A stretch of DNA of 64,000 bases. It comes from Candidatus Omnitrophota bacterium. Its GTDB lineage: Bacteria > Omnitrophota > Gorgyraeia > Gygaellales > Profunditerraquicolaceae. The notes below the pieces were generated by a model that saw only the letters and a program-made list of their open reading frames with translations, was not told where the DNA came from and made no database searches. Location of the stretch: positions 110,126 through 174,125 of the forward strand of contig JAQTQG010000001.1 in assembly GCA_028712375.1 (NCBI GenBank), read 5' to 3'. The position numbers were made by a program, and so were the translations under genes. Below are positions 8,404-18,768 of this stretch, in pieces (position 1 is the stretch's first letter; each line of letters starts with the position of its first letter).

Positions 8404-10323
8404 ATGTGCAGAATAGCAGGCTTTTGGGATTTTAACTATAAAGGTAATTACGATTTTGAAAATACTATTGTAAGTATGCGGGATGTTTTAGCTTATGGCG
8501 GCCCGGACGATTGTGGTGTGTATGCTGATAAAGAACAGGGTATTGCTTTGGGCCACCGCCGGCTTTCTATTATAGACCTATCCGAACGCGGCCATCAGCC
8601 CATGCCTAATTGTGATAAAAGTTTATGGATAGCTTATAACGGAGAAGTTTATAATTTTCCGGAGATAAGAAAAGAGCTGGAGGCTAAAAGTTATCATTTT
8701 ATCAGTAACTCTGATACGGAAGTAATCCTCAAGGCTTACGAAGAATGGGGGATGGGGTCGGTCCATAAATTCAGAGGGATGTTTGCTTTTGCTTTATGGG
8801 ATAGAAAAAAAGAAAAGCTGATAATTTGTAGGGATAGGGCGGGAGTAAAACCTCTTTATTATTATCATAAAGACGGTTTGTTTATGTTTGCCAGCGAGCT
8901 AAAATCTTTTCACAAGCACTGCAAGTTTCTAAAACAGCTTGAAGAAAAATCGCTGGGTTTATACCTACAGTTTGGCTATATCGGCGCTCCCCATACAATT
9001 TTTAAGCATGCTTATAAGCTAAAGCCAGGGTATTATCTTGAAATAAATAAGCGGGGAGATGTAAAAGAAACAAAGTATTGGGATATACAGGAGTATTACC
9101 AAAAAGGGCTTATACTGCAAAAACAGGGATTTTTTGAGCATAAGAATCAGGATGATATTGCTCTTGAGCTTGAAAATATTCTGTTAGAAAGTTTTAAGCT
9201 GCGTTTGGTTTCAGATGTGCCTTTAGGGATATTTTTAAGCGGCGGGCTGGATTCTTCGCTGGTAACCGCTTTAATCCAAAAGGATGCAGCCATGCCGGTA
9301 AAAACATTTACTATCGGGTTTAAGGAAGAAAAATATAATGAAGCTGGCTGGGCAAGGGAGGTAGCCAAGCATCTTGGCACCGAACATACCGAGGTTTATT
9401 GTACATATAATGATGCTTTAAATAAAATTACAAAGTTGCCTGAAATATATGATGAACCGCTGGCAGACAGCTCTACGATACCTTCTATCCTTTTATCAAA
9501 CCTGGCAAAACAGCATGTTAAAGTTTGTTTGTCAGGAGACGGCGGGGATGAATTCTTTTGCGGTTATTCTAAGTATTGGATTATTAAAGAGAAAATGCTG
9601 CCTCTTGCCAGGTTCCCCTTTATGCCAGAGACAATTAATTTAATCTCACCGGATTTAATCTTTAATCTTTACCGGGTTTTTGAGGGTGTTGTGCCTAAGT
9701 GCCCGAACCTGAAGGATAGGTATAAAAAAATCCGCTCTATTTTGAATACTCAGGATCCGGTAAGCCAAAGCCTGCTGTATAGCAGTGTTTTTACTGAATC
9801 CGATCTGAAATTAATGGGTTTTGACCATCATGCTAAATTTTTTGAAGTTGCTAAAGAGTTTGATCCGGTTACTGCCATGATGCTTTATGATTCAAAAACC
9901 TATTTACCTGATGATATTCTGACAAAAGTTGACCGGGCGAGCATGTCGATAGCATTAGAGGCCAGGGAGCCTATGCTTGACCATCATATATTGGAATATA
10001 CGGCAAAACTACCGCTTCAATATAAATATCACAACAAGACAAGTAAATATATCCTCAGGAAAATCCTTTATAAATATGTGCCGGAAAAATTAGTCCGCCG
10101 GCCTAAAAAAGGTTTCGGCATGCCGGTTTATGAATGGTTTAAGACCGACCTGATAAATTATTATAAAAAATATTTAAATAAAGACAGGGTAGAGAACGAT
10201 GGTTTCTTGAATGCTTCGGTGGTCGATAATATGCTTAAACAATGCCTTAGCCGGCAGGGGGCAAGTCATAGTAAATTATGGCTGCTCTTAAATTTTCAGA
10301 TGTGGAAAGAAAAATGGATGTAA
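8404..10323 (+). CDS. asnB: Asparagine synthetase B family (glutamine-hydrolysing amidotransferase), WbpS-like
   Basis: 639 aa. Starts MCRIAG (Cys2 nucleophile of class II amidotransferases). PP-loop SGGLDSS. Embedded in a glycan cluster, so a sugar-acid amidation role is plausible. Confidence 0.85.
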   Translation: MCRIAGFWDFNYKGNYDFENTIVSMRDVLAYGGPDDCGVYADKEQGIALGHRRLSIIDLSERGHQPMPNCDKSLWIAYNGEVYNFPEIRKELEAKSYHFISNSDTEVILKAYEEWGMGSVHKFRGMFAFALWDRKKEKLIICRDRAGVKPLYYYHKDGLFMFASELKSFHKHCKFLKQLEEKSLGLYLQFGYIGAPHTIFKHAYKLKPGYYLEINKRGDVKETKYWDIQEYYQKGLILQKQGFFEHKNQDDIALELENILLESFKLRLVSDVPLGIFLSGGLDSSLVTALIQKDAAMPVKTFTIGFKEEKYNEAGWAREVAKHLGTEHTEVYCTYNDALNKITKLPEIYDEPLADSSTIPSILLSNLAKQHVKVCLSGDGGDEFFCGYSKYWIIKEKMLPLARFPFMPETINLISPDLIFNLYRVFEGVVPKCPNLKDRYKKIRSILNTQDPVSQSLLYSSVFTESDLKLMGFDHHAKFFEVAKEFDPVTAMMLYDSKTYLPDDILTKVDRASMSIALEAREPMLDHHILEYTAKLPLQYKYHNKTSKYILRKILYKYVPEKLVRRPKKGFGMPVYEWFKTDLINYYKKYLNKDRVENDGFLNASVVDNMLKQCLSRQGASHSKLWLLLNFQMWKEKWM

Positions 10324-10343
10324 AGTGTGCAAAGATCAAGATT

Positions 10344-11489
10344 ATGCATTTATGTTCTTACATCGGTTATGATGGCCCCAGCCGGGGGATTATGGGGCAA
10401 GCGAAATATACCGACAGGGAAAGATTTCATACTACGATTTGTGAAATTAAGCCGTCTCAAAATAAAGAACTGATCGAGAATATAATAAACATGGGATGTT
10501 CCCATCTAAGCTTGAATATTAAGAAGGCTTATAATATTGGCGCTATTTTTAAACTGGCGAAGGTATTAAGGGTCAATAAAATAGATATTTTGAATACTCA
10601 TAATACTCTTCCTTGCTGGTATGGCAATATTGCTGCCAGGATCGCGAAGATCCCGGTAGTTTTTACTTTAAGAAACCTGCAGAGCGAAAATTACAAGTTT
10701 TTGTTTAAAAGAAGTTTTTATTATAAGCCGATAAATTTTATTGATTGTTGGTCAATGAAATGTTCGGACCGAGTGGTTGCGGTTTCTCAAAGGCTGAAAA
10801 AATATTATGTGGAAAGAATGCGTATACCGCAAGAGAAAATATCAGTAATTAAAAATGCCATAGATTTCAGTTCGGTTGGCCTTGATCTTTGTAAAGAAAA
10901 GGCAAAGAATAACCTGTGTATTGGTTCTTCGGAAGTGGTAATCGGGATTATCGGAGATCTGGTGAAAAGGAAGAACCATGCTTGCTTGATTGAAGCGGCA
11001 AATATTGTTGTGAAAACATGCGCACAGGTGCGTTTTCTGGTAGTCGGAGAAGGCCCCTTAAAAGTAGCTCTCTTAAAAAATATTGCAACATTTGGCCTGG
11101 ATGATAAATTTATTTTTACCGGGCATACTAAAAACGTTAAATCATTTTTGTCGGCAATAGATATATTTGTGATGCCCTCTTTTGCTGAAGGGATTTCGCG
11201 GGCGCTGATGGAGTCTATGGCGATGGGGATTGTTTCTGTAGGTAGCGCCATCGATGGTAACCTGGAGGCGATTGAAGACGGTAAGACGGGGTTTATTTTT
11301 GAGTCGGATAATCATGCGGCTCTTGCTGAAAAATTGGTATTTTTGATTAAAAATCAGAAAGCCAGGCAGGCGATGGGGCAGGAGGCTAAACAAAAAGCAG
11401 AGAGAGAATTTGATATGGAAAAAGCCGCAGATGCGTACGAAGATTTATACTTAGAAGTTATTACTTTGCATAAACAAAAGGCCAAATGA
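10344..11489 (+). CDS. Glycosyltransferase family 4 (GT-B fold)
   Basis: The track ORF starts at 10278 inside asnB. The first in-frame ATG after the asnB stop is at 10344 (MHLCSY). C-terminal GT4 signature (FVMPSFAEGISRALMESMAMGIVSV..DGKTGF). Confidence 0.7.
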   Translation: MHLCSYIGYDGPSRGIMGQAKYTDRERFHTTICEIKPSQNKELIENIINMGCSHLSLNIKKAYNIGAIFKLAKVLRVNKIDILNTHNTLPCWYGNIAARIAKIPVVFTLRNLQSENYKFLFKRSFYYKPINFIDCWSMKCSDRVVAVSQRLKKYYVERMRIPQEKISVIKNAIDFSSVGLDLCKEKAKNNLCIGSSEVVIGIIGDLVKRKNHACLIEAANIVVKTCAQVRFLVVGEGPLKVALLKNIATFGLDDKFIFTGHTKNVKSFLSAIDIFVMPSFAEGISRALMESMAMGIVSVGSAIDGNLEAIEDGKTGFIFESDNHAALAEKLVFLIKNQKARQAMGQEAKQKAEREFDMEKAADAYEDLYLEVITLHKQKAK

Positions 11490-12463
11490 ATATGAAGATA
11501 CTGGTTACGGGCGGATCCGGATTTATCGGTACCAATTATACCGAATTTCTATTTAAAAATAAAGTTGAGTTTATTAACCTTGATGCTCAGCCGCCGCGCA
11601 ATCCGATGCTTAACGAATTTTGGCGCAAGTGCGATATCCTGGATTATCCGCGCCTGGAAAAGCTGATAAAAGATTTTGCGCCTACGCATGTTGTCCATCT
11701 GGCGGCAAAGACCGGGCTCAGTGAAACTAAATTAAGCCAATTTTCCGCTAATATCGAGGGGGTGCAGGGGCTGCTAAAAATACTTAAGGAAACTCCTTCG
11801 GTTAAACGGGCAATTTTTACTTCTTCACTGCTTGTTTGTCAGATGGGTTATGTTCCGAAATCTGATATTGAATATAAGCCAACTACATTATATGGACAGA
11901 GCAAGGTGGAAGGGGAAAAAATTATCCGGCGGGCTCAGGATATTGCGTTTGATTGGATAATTATACGCCCGATATCTGTTTGGGGCCCATGGCAGGAAGA
12001 ACCCTATATTAATTTTTTCAAGTCGGTTGCCAACAACTGGTATTTTCATATTGGATGCGGGCACTATAAAAGATCTATGGGGTATGTCGAGAATATGGCT
12101 TATCAAATTCATCAGCTATTATCGGCTCCGGCAGAGAAGGTAAACCGCAGGACTTTTTATCTGGGGGATAATTTACCGGTGGATCTTTATGTTTTGGCTA
12201 GCGAAATCCAGGAAATTACGAAAGCAAAAAAAATCCACCGTTTACCGCTTTGGATAGTTGAAACAGCAGCAAAGACCGGGGATATTTTAAAACGATGCGG
12301 TTGGCATAATTTTCCGTTAACCAGTTTTAGATTGAATAATATACGTACAGAATATGTTTTTGACCTTAGCCCGATTACGGGAATTACCGGGCCCTTACCT
12401 TATGATTTTAAAACGGCTGTCCAAAGGACCGTGCAATGGATGAAAAAAACGGGTGAAATTTAG
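11486..12463 (+). CDS. NAD-dependent epimerase/dehydratase family protein
   Basis: 325 aa. ILVTGGSGFIGTN Rossmann motif and YGQSK catalytic motif. ATGA start/stop overlap with the upstream GT4. Confidence 0.6.
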   Translation: MNMKILVTGGSGFIGTNYTEFLFKNKVEFINLDAQPPRNPMLNEFWRKCDILDYPRLEKLIKDFAPTHVVHLAAKTGLSETKLSQFSANIEGVQGLLKILKETPSVKRAIFTSSLLVCQMGYVPKSDIEYKPTTLYGQSKVEGEKIIRRAQDIAFDWIIIRPISVWGPWQEEPYINFFKSVANNWYFHIGCGHYKRSMGYVENMAYQIHQLLSAPAEKVNRRTFYLGDNLPVDLYVLASEIQEITKAKKIHRLPLWIVETAAKTGDILKRCGWHNFPLTSFRLNNIRTEYVFDLSPITGITGPLPYDFKTAVQRTVQWMKKTGEI

Positions 12464-12466
12464 AAT

Positions 12467-13180
12467 ATGGAGAAGTTGATAAAATATTGGGATAAAAAAT
12501 ATTATTCTGCTTATCCTGATAACTGGGATAATGTTTTATTCCGTAAATTAGTTTTAAACCATCTTTCTGCGGATAAGAAAATGCTCGATCTGGGCGCCGG
12601 GGCGGGGATATTGCCGCAAATGGATTTCAGTAAAGAGGCAAAGTTTGTTTGCGGCGTGGATTTGGATAAGCGCGTATTAAACAATCCTTTTTTGAATGAG
12701 GCAAAGGTGGCATCCGCAGAATGCCTGCCTTACCCTGATCAATCATTTGATTTGGTAGCTTGTAATAATGTTTTAGAGCACTTGCCTAATCCTGCGGCTG
12801 CATTTAAAGAAGTCCGGCGGGTGCTTAAAGACGGTGGAGTTTTTTTGATTAAAACTCCGAATAAATTCCATTATGTCCCCATATTTGCCAGGCTGACTCC
12901 GCATCGGTTTCACAAGTTTTATAATAAAATGCGGGGCAGGGATGAGGCGGATACTTTTCCTGTGCTGTATAGAGCCAATAGCCGTAATAAAATTAATTAT
13001 TACGCAAAAGAAGCAGGTTTTATTGTGGAAAGGCTGGAATCTATTGAGGGGCGGCCGGAGTATTTAAGGATAAATTGTTTTACTTATGCATTAGGTATTA
13101 TTTATGAGAGAATATTAAACAGCTGTAATTTGCTGAACGGTTTTAAAGTATTATTAACCGCTACTTTGAGGAAAAAATGA
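12467..13180 (+). CDS. Class I SAM-dependent methyltransferase (Methyltransf_11-like)
   Basis: 237 aa. LDLGAGAGIL motif I. DLVACNNVLEHL motif. Confidence 0.65.
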   Translation: MEKLIKYWDKKYYSAYPDNWDNVLFRKLVLNHLSADKKMLDLGAGAGILPQMDFSKEAKFVCGVDLDKRVLNNPFLNEAKVASAECLPYPDQSFDLVACNNVLEHLPNPAAAFKEVRRVLKDGGVFLIKTPNKFHYVPIFARLTPHRFHKFYNKMRGRDEADTFPVLYRANSRNKINYYAKEAGFIVERLESIEGRPEYLRINCFTYALGIIYERILNSCNLLNGFKVLLTATLRKK

Positions 13181-15333
13181 AACAGGTTATTCAAAATTAC
13201 AAGACAGGGAAACTTAAAATTAGCGATGTCGCTGTCCCGCTTTGCGGCCGCGGGAAAGTTTTAGTAAAAAACCATGCTTCGTTGATTAGTAGCGGCACAG
13301 AGCGCTCAATTTTAGAACTGGGGCGGAAAAGCTTGATAGGTAAAGCCAAGGCTAGGCCTGAACATTTTAAAAGGTTCATTGAAAAAGCTAAGAATGAAGG
13401 TTTTTTAAAGGTTTGGAAAGAAGCGATGGTCAGGTTGGATGAGGCTAAGCCATTAGGATACAGTTCTTCAGGGGAGGTTATCCAAACAGGAGAAGGGGTT
13501 AGTAATTTTAAGGTTGGCGATAAGGTTGCTTGTATCGGGGCTAACCATGCCACTCATTCTGAAATAATCGCTTTACCGGAGTGTTTATGCGCCAAGATTC
13601 CCGGGCAGGTTAGTTTTGAGGAAGCTTCTTTCGGGATGCTGGGGATAATTGCTTTGCAGGGAGTCAGGCTTGCTGAAATTAAGATCGGTGAAAAAGTAGC
13701 GGTTTTGGGTTTGGGCCTGCTTGGCCAGATTACGGTGCAGCTGCTTAAATATTTTGGCTGTAATGTGATTGGTATAGATTTAGATGAAGATAAGCTTAAG
13801 CTGGCCAGGTCACTTGATTGTGACCAGGCTGTTTTAATCAAGGATGCCGGGAGGGCGGTAGAGAATTTCTCGCAAGGAAAAGGTGTGGATAAAATTATTA
13901 TAACTGCTGCCTCTAAAACTAACCTGCCGATAATGCTGGCTTCGGAGATTGCCTCTTTTAGGGCTAAGATTATATTAGTGGGCGTGGTGGATATTCATAT
14001 CCCTAGGCAGATATTCTGGGAAAAGGAATTAGAATTTCAAGTATCTAAAGCCGGAGGATATAATCCGCTGGAAAAAGAATTTGATTATCCGGAATCTTAT
14101 AAGTCAGTATCTCAGCTGGAAAATCTTAAGCTATTTTTGGAATTAATTAATAAAGGGCAGGTGCAGGTTGCCCCGCTTATTACGCATAAGTTCTCAATCG
14201 CTAATGCCCTGCAGGCTTATCAAATGATTACTGCCAAGAAGCCCCAAGCAAAGTATATTGGAGTTATTCTGCAATATGATGAACAGGAAGTGCCGCAGAA
14301 AAGAATAATTGAGGTATCTTGCCCGGTATTAAAGAAAAATAATATGCACTCCATCGGCGTAATTGGTGCAGGTTTATTCGGAAGGTCGGTTATTTTGCCG
14401 GCATTAAAATCTGTTAAACACATTAAGTTTTTAGGGGTGGCTACTGCTAACAGTAATACCGGCAGGCAGATTGCCGACAGTTTTAAATTTGAATATTGTA
14501 CTACAGATTACGCGCAAATCTTAAACGATAAAGCAATAAAATCGGTTTTTATCTTAACCCGGCATAACCTGCACGCTAAAATTATAAAAGAAGCGTTAGA
14601 AGCCGGCAAGTGCGTGTTCGCGGAGAAACCGCTTGCCACTACTTTGAGTGATTTAAAAATGCTTTCTTCGGTGACTACCGCAAAAGAAGCCCGCCTGATG
14701 GTTGGTTTTAACCGGAGGTTTTCTCCGTTAGCTGTTGAAATAAAGAAAAGGATCTTAAACAATCACGGGCCATTGTTAATAAATATGCAGATTAATGCCG
14801 GGGATGTGCCGAAGGGGCATTGGGTTTTTGATGAACAAGAAGGTGGCGGGCGCATAATTTCAGAAATTTGTCATTTTGTGGACTTGGCCCAGTTTTTTAC
14901 CGGAGCAAATCCTGAAAGCGTGTTTACCCAAAATATCGAAATTAACAATACAAAGATCTGCCCTTATGATAATACCGTTTCGGTTATAAAGTTTAGTGAC
15001 GGATCAGTATGTAATATTTTATATACTTCAATTGGCAATCGTGCGTATGCGCGTGAAAAAATATCAATATTTGAAAATAACGCGGTATACGAAATTTCTG
15101 ATTTTCGAAGCGCGTTGGTACGTGCCCCGGGAGCAAGCCATTCTTGGAAATTAAGCAGCCAGGGGCTTGGCTATAAGGAAGAAATGAAGTTTTTCTTTAA
15201 AAACATGGTGAATAGCCGTATTTTAAATGGGCTTACCGCAGGGTATCTTTTGACTACTTTGACAACTTTTAAAATGATCGAATCTTTAAAAACCGGCCAA
15301 GTATGTAAGTTCAGCGTAAAGGATTTGCAATAA
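13177..15333 (+). CDS. Bi-domain oxidoreductase: N-terminal zinc-type alcohol dehydrogenase (MDR) fused to C-terminal Gfo/Idh/MocA oxidoreductase
   Basis: 718 aa. N-terminal half carries an MDR/GroES-like fold and Rossmann motif (GLGLLGQ). C-terminal half carries a Gfo/Idh/MocA N-terminal Rossmann (IGVIGAGLFGRS) and EKP motif (CVFAEKPLA). Confidence 0.7.
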   Translation: MKQVIQNYKTGKLKISDVAVPLCGRGKVLVKNHASLISSGTERSILELGRKSLIGKAKARPEHFKRFIEKAKNEGFLKVWKEAMVRLDEAKPLGYSSSGEVIQTGEGVSNFKVGDKVACIGANHATHSEIIALPECLCAKIPGQVSFEEASFGMLGIIALQGVRLAEIKIGEKVAVLGLGLLGQITVQLLKYFGCNVIGIDLDEDKLKLARSLDCDQAVLIKDAGRAVENFSQGKGVDKIIITAASKTNLPIMLASEIASFRAKIILVGVVDIHIPRQIFWEKELEFQVSKAGGYNPLEKEFDYPESYKSVSQLENLKLFLELINKGQVQVAPLITHKFSIANALQAYQMITAKKPQAKYIGVILQYDEQEVPQKRIIEVSCPVLKKNNMHSIGVIGAGLFGRSVILPALKSVKHIKFLGVATANSNTGRQIADSFKFEYCTTDYAQILNDKAIKSVFILTRHNLHAKIIKEALEAGKCVFAEKPLATTLSDLKMLSSVTTAKEARLMVGFNRRFSPLAVEIKKRILNNHGPLLINMQINAGDVPKGHWVFDEQEGGGRIISEICHFVDLAQFFTGANPESVFTQNIEINNTKICPYDNTVSVIKFSDGSVCNILYTSIGNRAYAREKISIFENNAVYEISDFRSALVRAPGASHSWKLSSQGLGYKEEMKFFFKNMVNSRILNGLTAGYLLTTLTTFKMIESLKTGQVCKFSVKDLQ

Positions 15334-16542
15334 ATGAACATTCTTTTAGTTACAGATTCTTACCCGCCTGAAATTCGTTCTGCTGCCCATTTAATGCAAG
15401 AATTAGCGGAAGAGTTATTCCGGGAAAAGCACGTAGTTACAGTTGTCACTTGCTATCCCCGCCATAATTTAGCCGGCGGCTCTACTCAGGCAAAGTTTGA
15501 TGAGGTTTTAGTAGAGAATGGCGTTAATGTTGTCCGGGTTGATGCCTTGCCTGTGCATAATATCGCCTTTATTCTTCGGGGCATAGCGCAGCTGCTTATG
15601 CCGGGCCGGTTTATCAAATCGATCAGAAAATTAAAGAGCAAAAAGATTGACATTGTAATCGTCTATAGCCCGCCTTTGACTTTGGCTAAGGTTGGGAAGT
15701 TTGTAAAAGAAAAGTACGGCGCTAAGTTTATACTTAATATTCAGGATATCTTTCCCCAGAATGCTATAGATCTGGGAATAATAAAAAACAGGCTGTTAAT
15801 CAGTATGTTTGAAGGGATTGAGTTCCGGGCTTACCGTAGCGCTGATAAAATTGCTGTTCACTCCAGAGGCAATAAACTTTTCCTGATTAATAAAAAATTT
15901 CAGCCAGAAGAAAAGGTTGAGGTGCTGCATAATTGGATTGACCCTTTGCCTTATATTTCTGCCAGGAGAACCGGATCTTTTCGGGAAAAATACGGGTTAC
16001 AGGGCAAGTTTATATTTCTTTTCGCCGGTGTAATTGGCCCATCGCAGGGGTTAGAGTTTTTAATTCAAACAGCAGCTTTGCTGAAAGAAAATCAGGATAT
16101 CCGCTTTCTCATAGTGGGGGATGGAATGCAAAAAAATAAGCTGATGAAATCGGTTGTTGAGCAGAAGCTTAACAATGTTATTTTTCAGCCATTTGTGGTA
16201 CAATCAGAGTACCCTTTACTGGTTAAAGATGCTGATGCTGGTTTGGTATGCCTAAGCAGTATGAATAAGACTCCTGTTGTACCTGGTAAAGTACTGGGGT
16301 TTATGGCCGCGGGATTGCCGGTATTGGCTTTATTGAACAAAGAAAGTGATGGGCATATTTTGATTAAAGACGCTCAATGCGGATATGCGGCAGTATCTAA
16401 TGACCCGCAAGAAGCTGCCCGGATAATATTGTCGATGCATACTGAAAAAAACTTAATCCAATTGGGGGCAAACGGATTCAATTATTTGCTGAAAAATTTT
16501 ACTAAAGAAATTTGCATCAAGCAGTTAGAAGGGATGTTTTAA
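15334..16542 (+). CDS. Glycosyltransferase family 4 (WcaI-like)
   Basis: 402 aa. Starts MNILLVTDSYPPE. C-terminal GT-B nucleotide-binding region. Confidence 0.75.
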   Translation: MNILLVTDSYPPEIRSAAHLMQELAEELFREKHVVTVVTCYPRHNLAGGSTQAKFDEVLVENGVNVVRVDALPVHNIAFILRGIAQLLMPGRFIKSIRKLKSKKIDIVIVYSPPLTLAKVGKFVKEKYGAKFILNIQDIFPQNAIDLGIIKNRLLISMFEGIEFRAYRSADKIAVHSRGNKLFLINKKFQPEEKVEVLHNWIDPLPYISARRTGSFREKYGLQGKFIFLFAGVIGPSQGLEFLIQTAALLKENQDIRFLIVGDGMQKNKLMKSVVEQKLNNVIFQPFVVQSEYPLLVKDADAGLVCLSSMNKTPVVPGKVLGFMAAGLPVLALLNKESDGHILIKDAQCGYAAVSNDPQEAARIILSMHTEKNLIQLGANGFNYLLKNFTKEICIKQLEGMF

Positions 16543-16562
16543 TTTATAAGGGAGATGCTCTT

Positions 16563-17597
16563 ATGCAGAATGAATATCTTGATTTTTATAAGGATAAAAT
16601 AATTTTAGTTACCGGAGGAGCGGGGGCTATTGGAAGCAACCTGTGCAGCGCTTTAGCAGATAATGGCGCAAAACTGGTTTTGATTCTTGATGATCTTTCT
16701 GCCGGGTATTCCTGGAATATACCTAAGAAAAAAAATATTATGTTTGTGCAAGGTAGTGTTACCGATGATATTGCTTTAAAAAGAGTTTTTTTCGAACAGC
16801 CGCAAATTGTTTTTCATCTGGCGGCATTCTTTGCCAATCAGAATTCCGTCGATTATCCGGAAAAAGATCTAAATGTTAACGGAGTGGGGACTCTTAAATT
16901 GCTTGAATATGCAACTTTAGCCAGAATTACCAAATTTGTTTATGCTTCTTCCGGTTGTTCAATCTATGGCAGTGCTGCTCCGCTTCCCTTAAAAGAAGAA
17001 TTCATGTCTATGAATTTAACTACTCCTTACCAGGTAACTAAAATGCTGGGCGAACTTTACTGTAATTTCTTTTATAATCATTATAAGCTCCCGGTGGTCA
17101 AAACCCGGTTTTTTAATTCCTACGGACCCGGGGAGGTCCCCGGGCAATACCGGAATGTAATACCGAATTTTATTTATTGGGCGATGCAGGGGCAGGCGTT
17201 GCCGATAACCGGTACGGGGGAAGAAACCCGGGATTTTACTTATGTTGGTGATTTAGTGGATGGTTTATTGGGCGCCGGATGCCGGGAAAATATCGCCGGG
17301 CAGGAATTTAACCTTGCTTCCGGTAAAGAGACCAAAATAATCGATCTTGCCAATATGGTCAATACAGCAGTCGGTAATAAAGCAGGGATTAAATTCGGCA
17401 TTAAAAGAAAGTGGGATACTAAATCCCGCCTTTTGGCTTCGATAGATAAAGCGCATAATTTGATAGGTTATCAGCCAAAGGTTGAGTTTAAAGAGGGTTT
17501 GTTGAATGCGGTGCAATGGTTTAAGGACAATTGGCAGGTAATTCAAAAAAGCGCATCTTTTGGCCCCGGCATATCTTCTGCGGTAAGGGATAAATGA
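16563..17597 (+). CDS. NAD-dependent epimerase/dehydratase (UDP-sugar epimerase/decarboxylase-like SDR)
   Basis: The track ORF begins at 16512 inside the upstream gene. ATG 16563 follows an AAGGGAG RBS and the upstream stop. [13 protein letters not shown] and YQVTK motifs. Confidence 0.65.
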   Translation: MQNEYLDFYKDKIILVTGGAGAIGSNLCSALADNGAKLVLILDDLSAGYSWNIPKKKNIMFVQGSVTDDIALKRVFFEQPQIVFHLAAFFANQNSVDYPEKDLNVNGVGTLKLLEYATLARITKFVYASSGCSIYGSAAPLPLKEEFMSMNLTTPYQVTKMLGELYCNFFYNHYKLPVVKTRFFNSYGPGEVPGQYRNVIPNFIYWAMQGQALPITGTGEETRDFTYVGDLVDGLLGAGCRENIAGQEFNLASGKETKIIDLANMVNTAVGNKAGIKFGIKRKWDTKSRLLASIDKAHNLIGYQPKVEFKEGLLNAVQWFKDNWQVIQKSASFGPGISSAVRDK

Positions 17598-18763
17598 AAA
17601 AGATATTAGTTGTATTTGGCACTCGGCCCGAAGCGATAAAATTATCCCCGGTAATCCAGCAGCTTAAAAGAAAGCCGGCGGATTTTCAGGTTAAGATTTG
17701 TGTAACTGCCCAGCATAGAGAAATGTTGGATCAGGTGTTGAAGATTTTTAAAATTGTCCCGGATTATGATTTAAACATTATGAAGCCCGGGCAGGATCTT
17801 TTTGAGGTTACTGGCAGTTGCCTGGCGGGGATAAAAAAAGTATTGAAAAAGGAAAAACCGCATTTGGTGATTGTGCAGGGGGATACAGCCACTGCTTTTA
17901 TTGTTGCGCTGGCAGCGTTTTATTTTAAGGTTCCCATAGCGCATGTTGAGGCAGGTTTGCGGACGCATAACAAATATAGCCCTTTTCCTGAAGAGGTAAA
18001 CAGGCGCTTAATCAGTGTGTTGGCGGACTATCATTTCGCCCCTACGGAAAGCTCCCGGTGTAATCTTTTACGCGAGGGTGTATCTGTAAGCAAGATTTGG
18101 GTAACCGGTAATACCGTAGTTGACGCCTTACTCTCTATTAAAGACAAGCATCGGGGGAGGGTAAATAAAACTGCCTGGATAAAGTATTTTAAAAAGCATT
18201 ACAATTTAAATTTGCAGGAAGATAGGAAGATTATTCTGGTAACCGGGCACCGGCGGGAAAGCTTCGGTGAAGGTTTTAGGAATATTTGTTTTGCTTTGAA
18301 AGAAATTGCGGGAAGAAGAAAAGATGCCGTTATTATTTATCCTGTGCATCTTAATCCCCATGTTCAGTTACCGGTAAAGAATATTTTAGGTAGCATCAAG
18401 AATATCCGCCTTATCAGGCCGTTAGAATATGAACCGTTTGTTTTTCTTATGCAGAGCGCGTATTTAATTCTTACTGATTCAGGCGGTATACAGGAAGAGG
18501 CTCCTTCTCTTGGGAAGCCGGTATTGGTGATGCGGCAGGTTACCGAAAGGCCCGAAGGCGTAAAAGCCGGGATGGTTAAGTTGGTAGGAACAGATAAAAA
18601 CTTAATTGTTAAGGAAACGCTGCGGTACCTGGAGAATAAAGTTCTGTATAAAAGGGCAGTTAATTCCGCTAATCCTTACGGGAACGGAAAAGCTTCCGCA
18701 AAAATAAGGGAGATTTTATCCCGAACCCCGGCCCCGGGAGTCGGGTTGCAGGCAGCTGTATAA
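17594..18763 (+). CDS. wecB: UDP-N-acetylglucosamine 2-epimerase (non-hydrolysing)
   Basis: 389 aa. Starts MKKILVVFGTRPEAIKLSPV. HVEAGLRT and DSGGIQEEAPSLGKPVLV motifs are diagnostic. Confidence 0.9.
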   Translation: MKKILVVFGTRPEAIKLSPVIQQLKRKPADFQVKICVTAQHREMLDQVLKIFKIVPDYDLNIMKPGQDLFEVTGSCLAGIKKVLKKEKPHLVIVQGDTATAFIVALAAFYFKVPIAHVEAGLRTHNKYSPFPEEVNRRLISVLADYHFAPTESSRCNLLREGVSVSKIWVTGNTVVDALLSIKDKHRGRVNKTAWIKYFKKHYNLNLQEDRKIILVTGHRRESFGEGFRNICFALKEIAGRRKDAVIIYPVHLNPHVQLPVKNILGSIKNIRLIRPLEYEPFVFLMQSAYLILTDSGGIQEEAPSLGKPVLVMRQVTERPEGVKAGMVKLVGTDKNLIVKETLRYLENKVLYKRAVNSANPYGNGKASAKIREILSRTPAPGVGLQAAV

Positions 18764-18768
18764 AGAGG

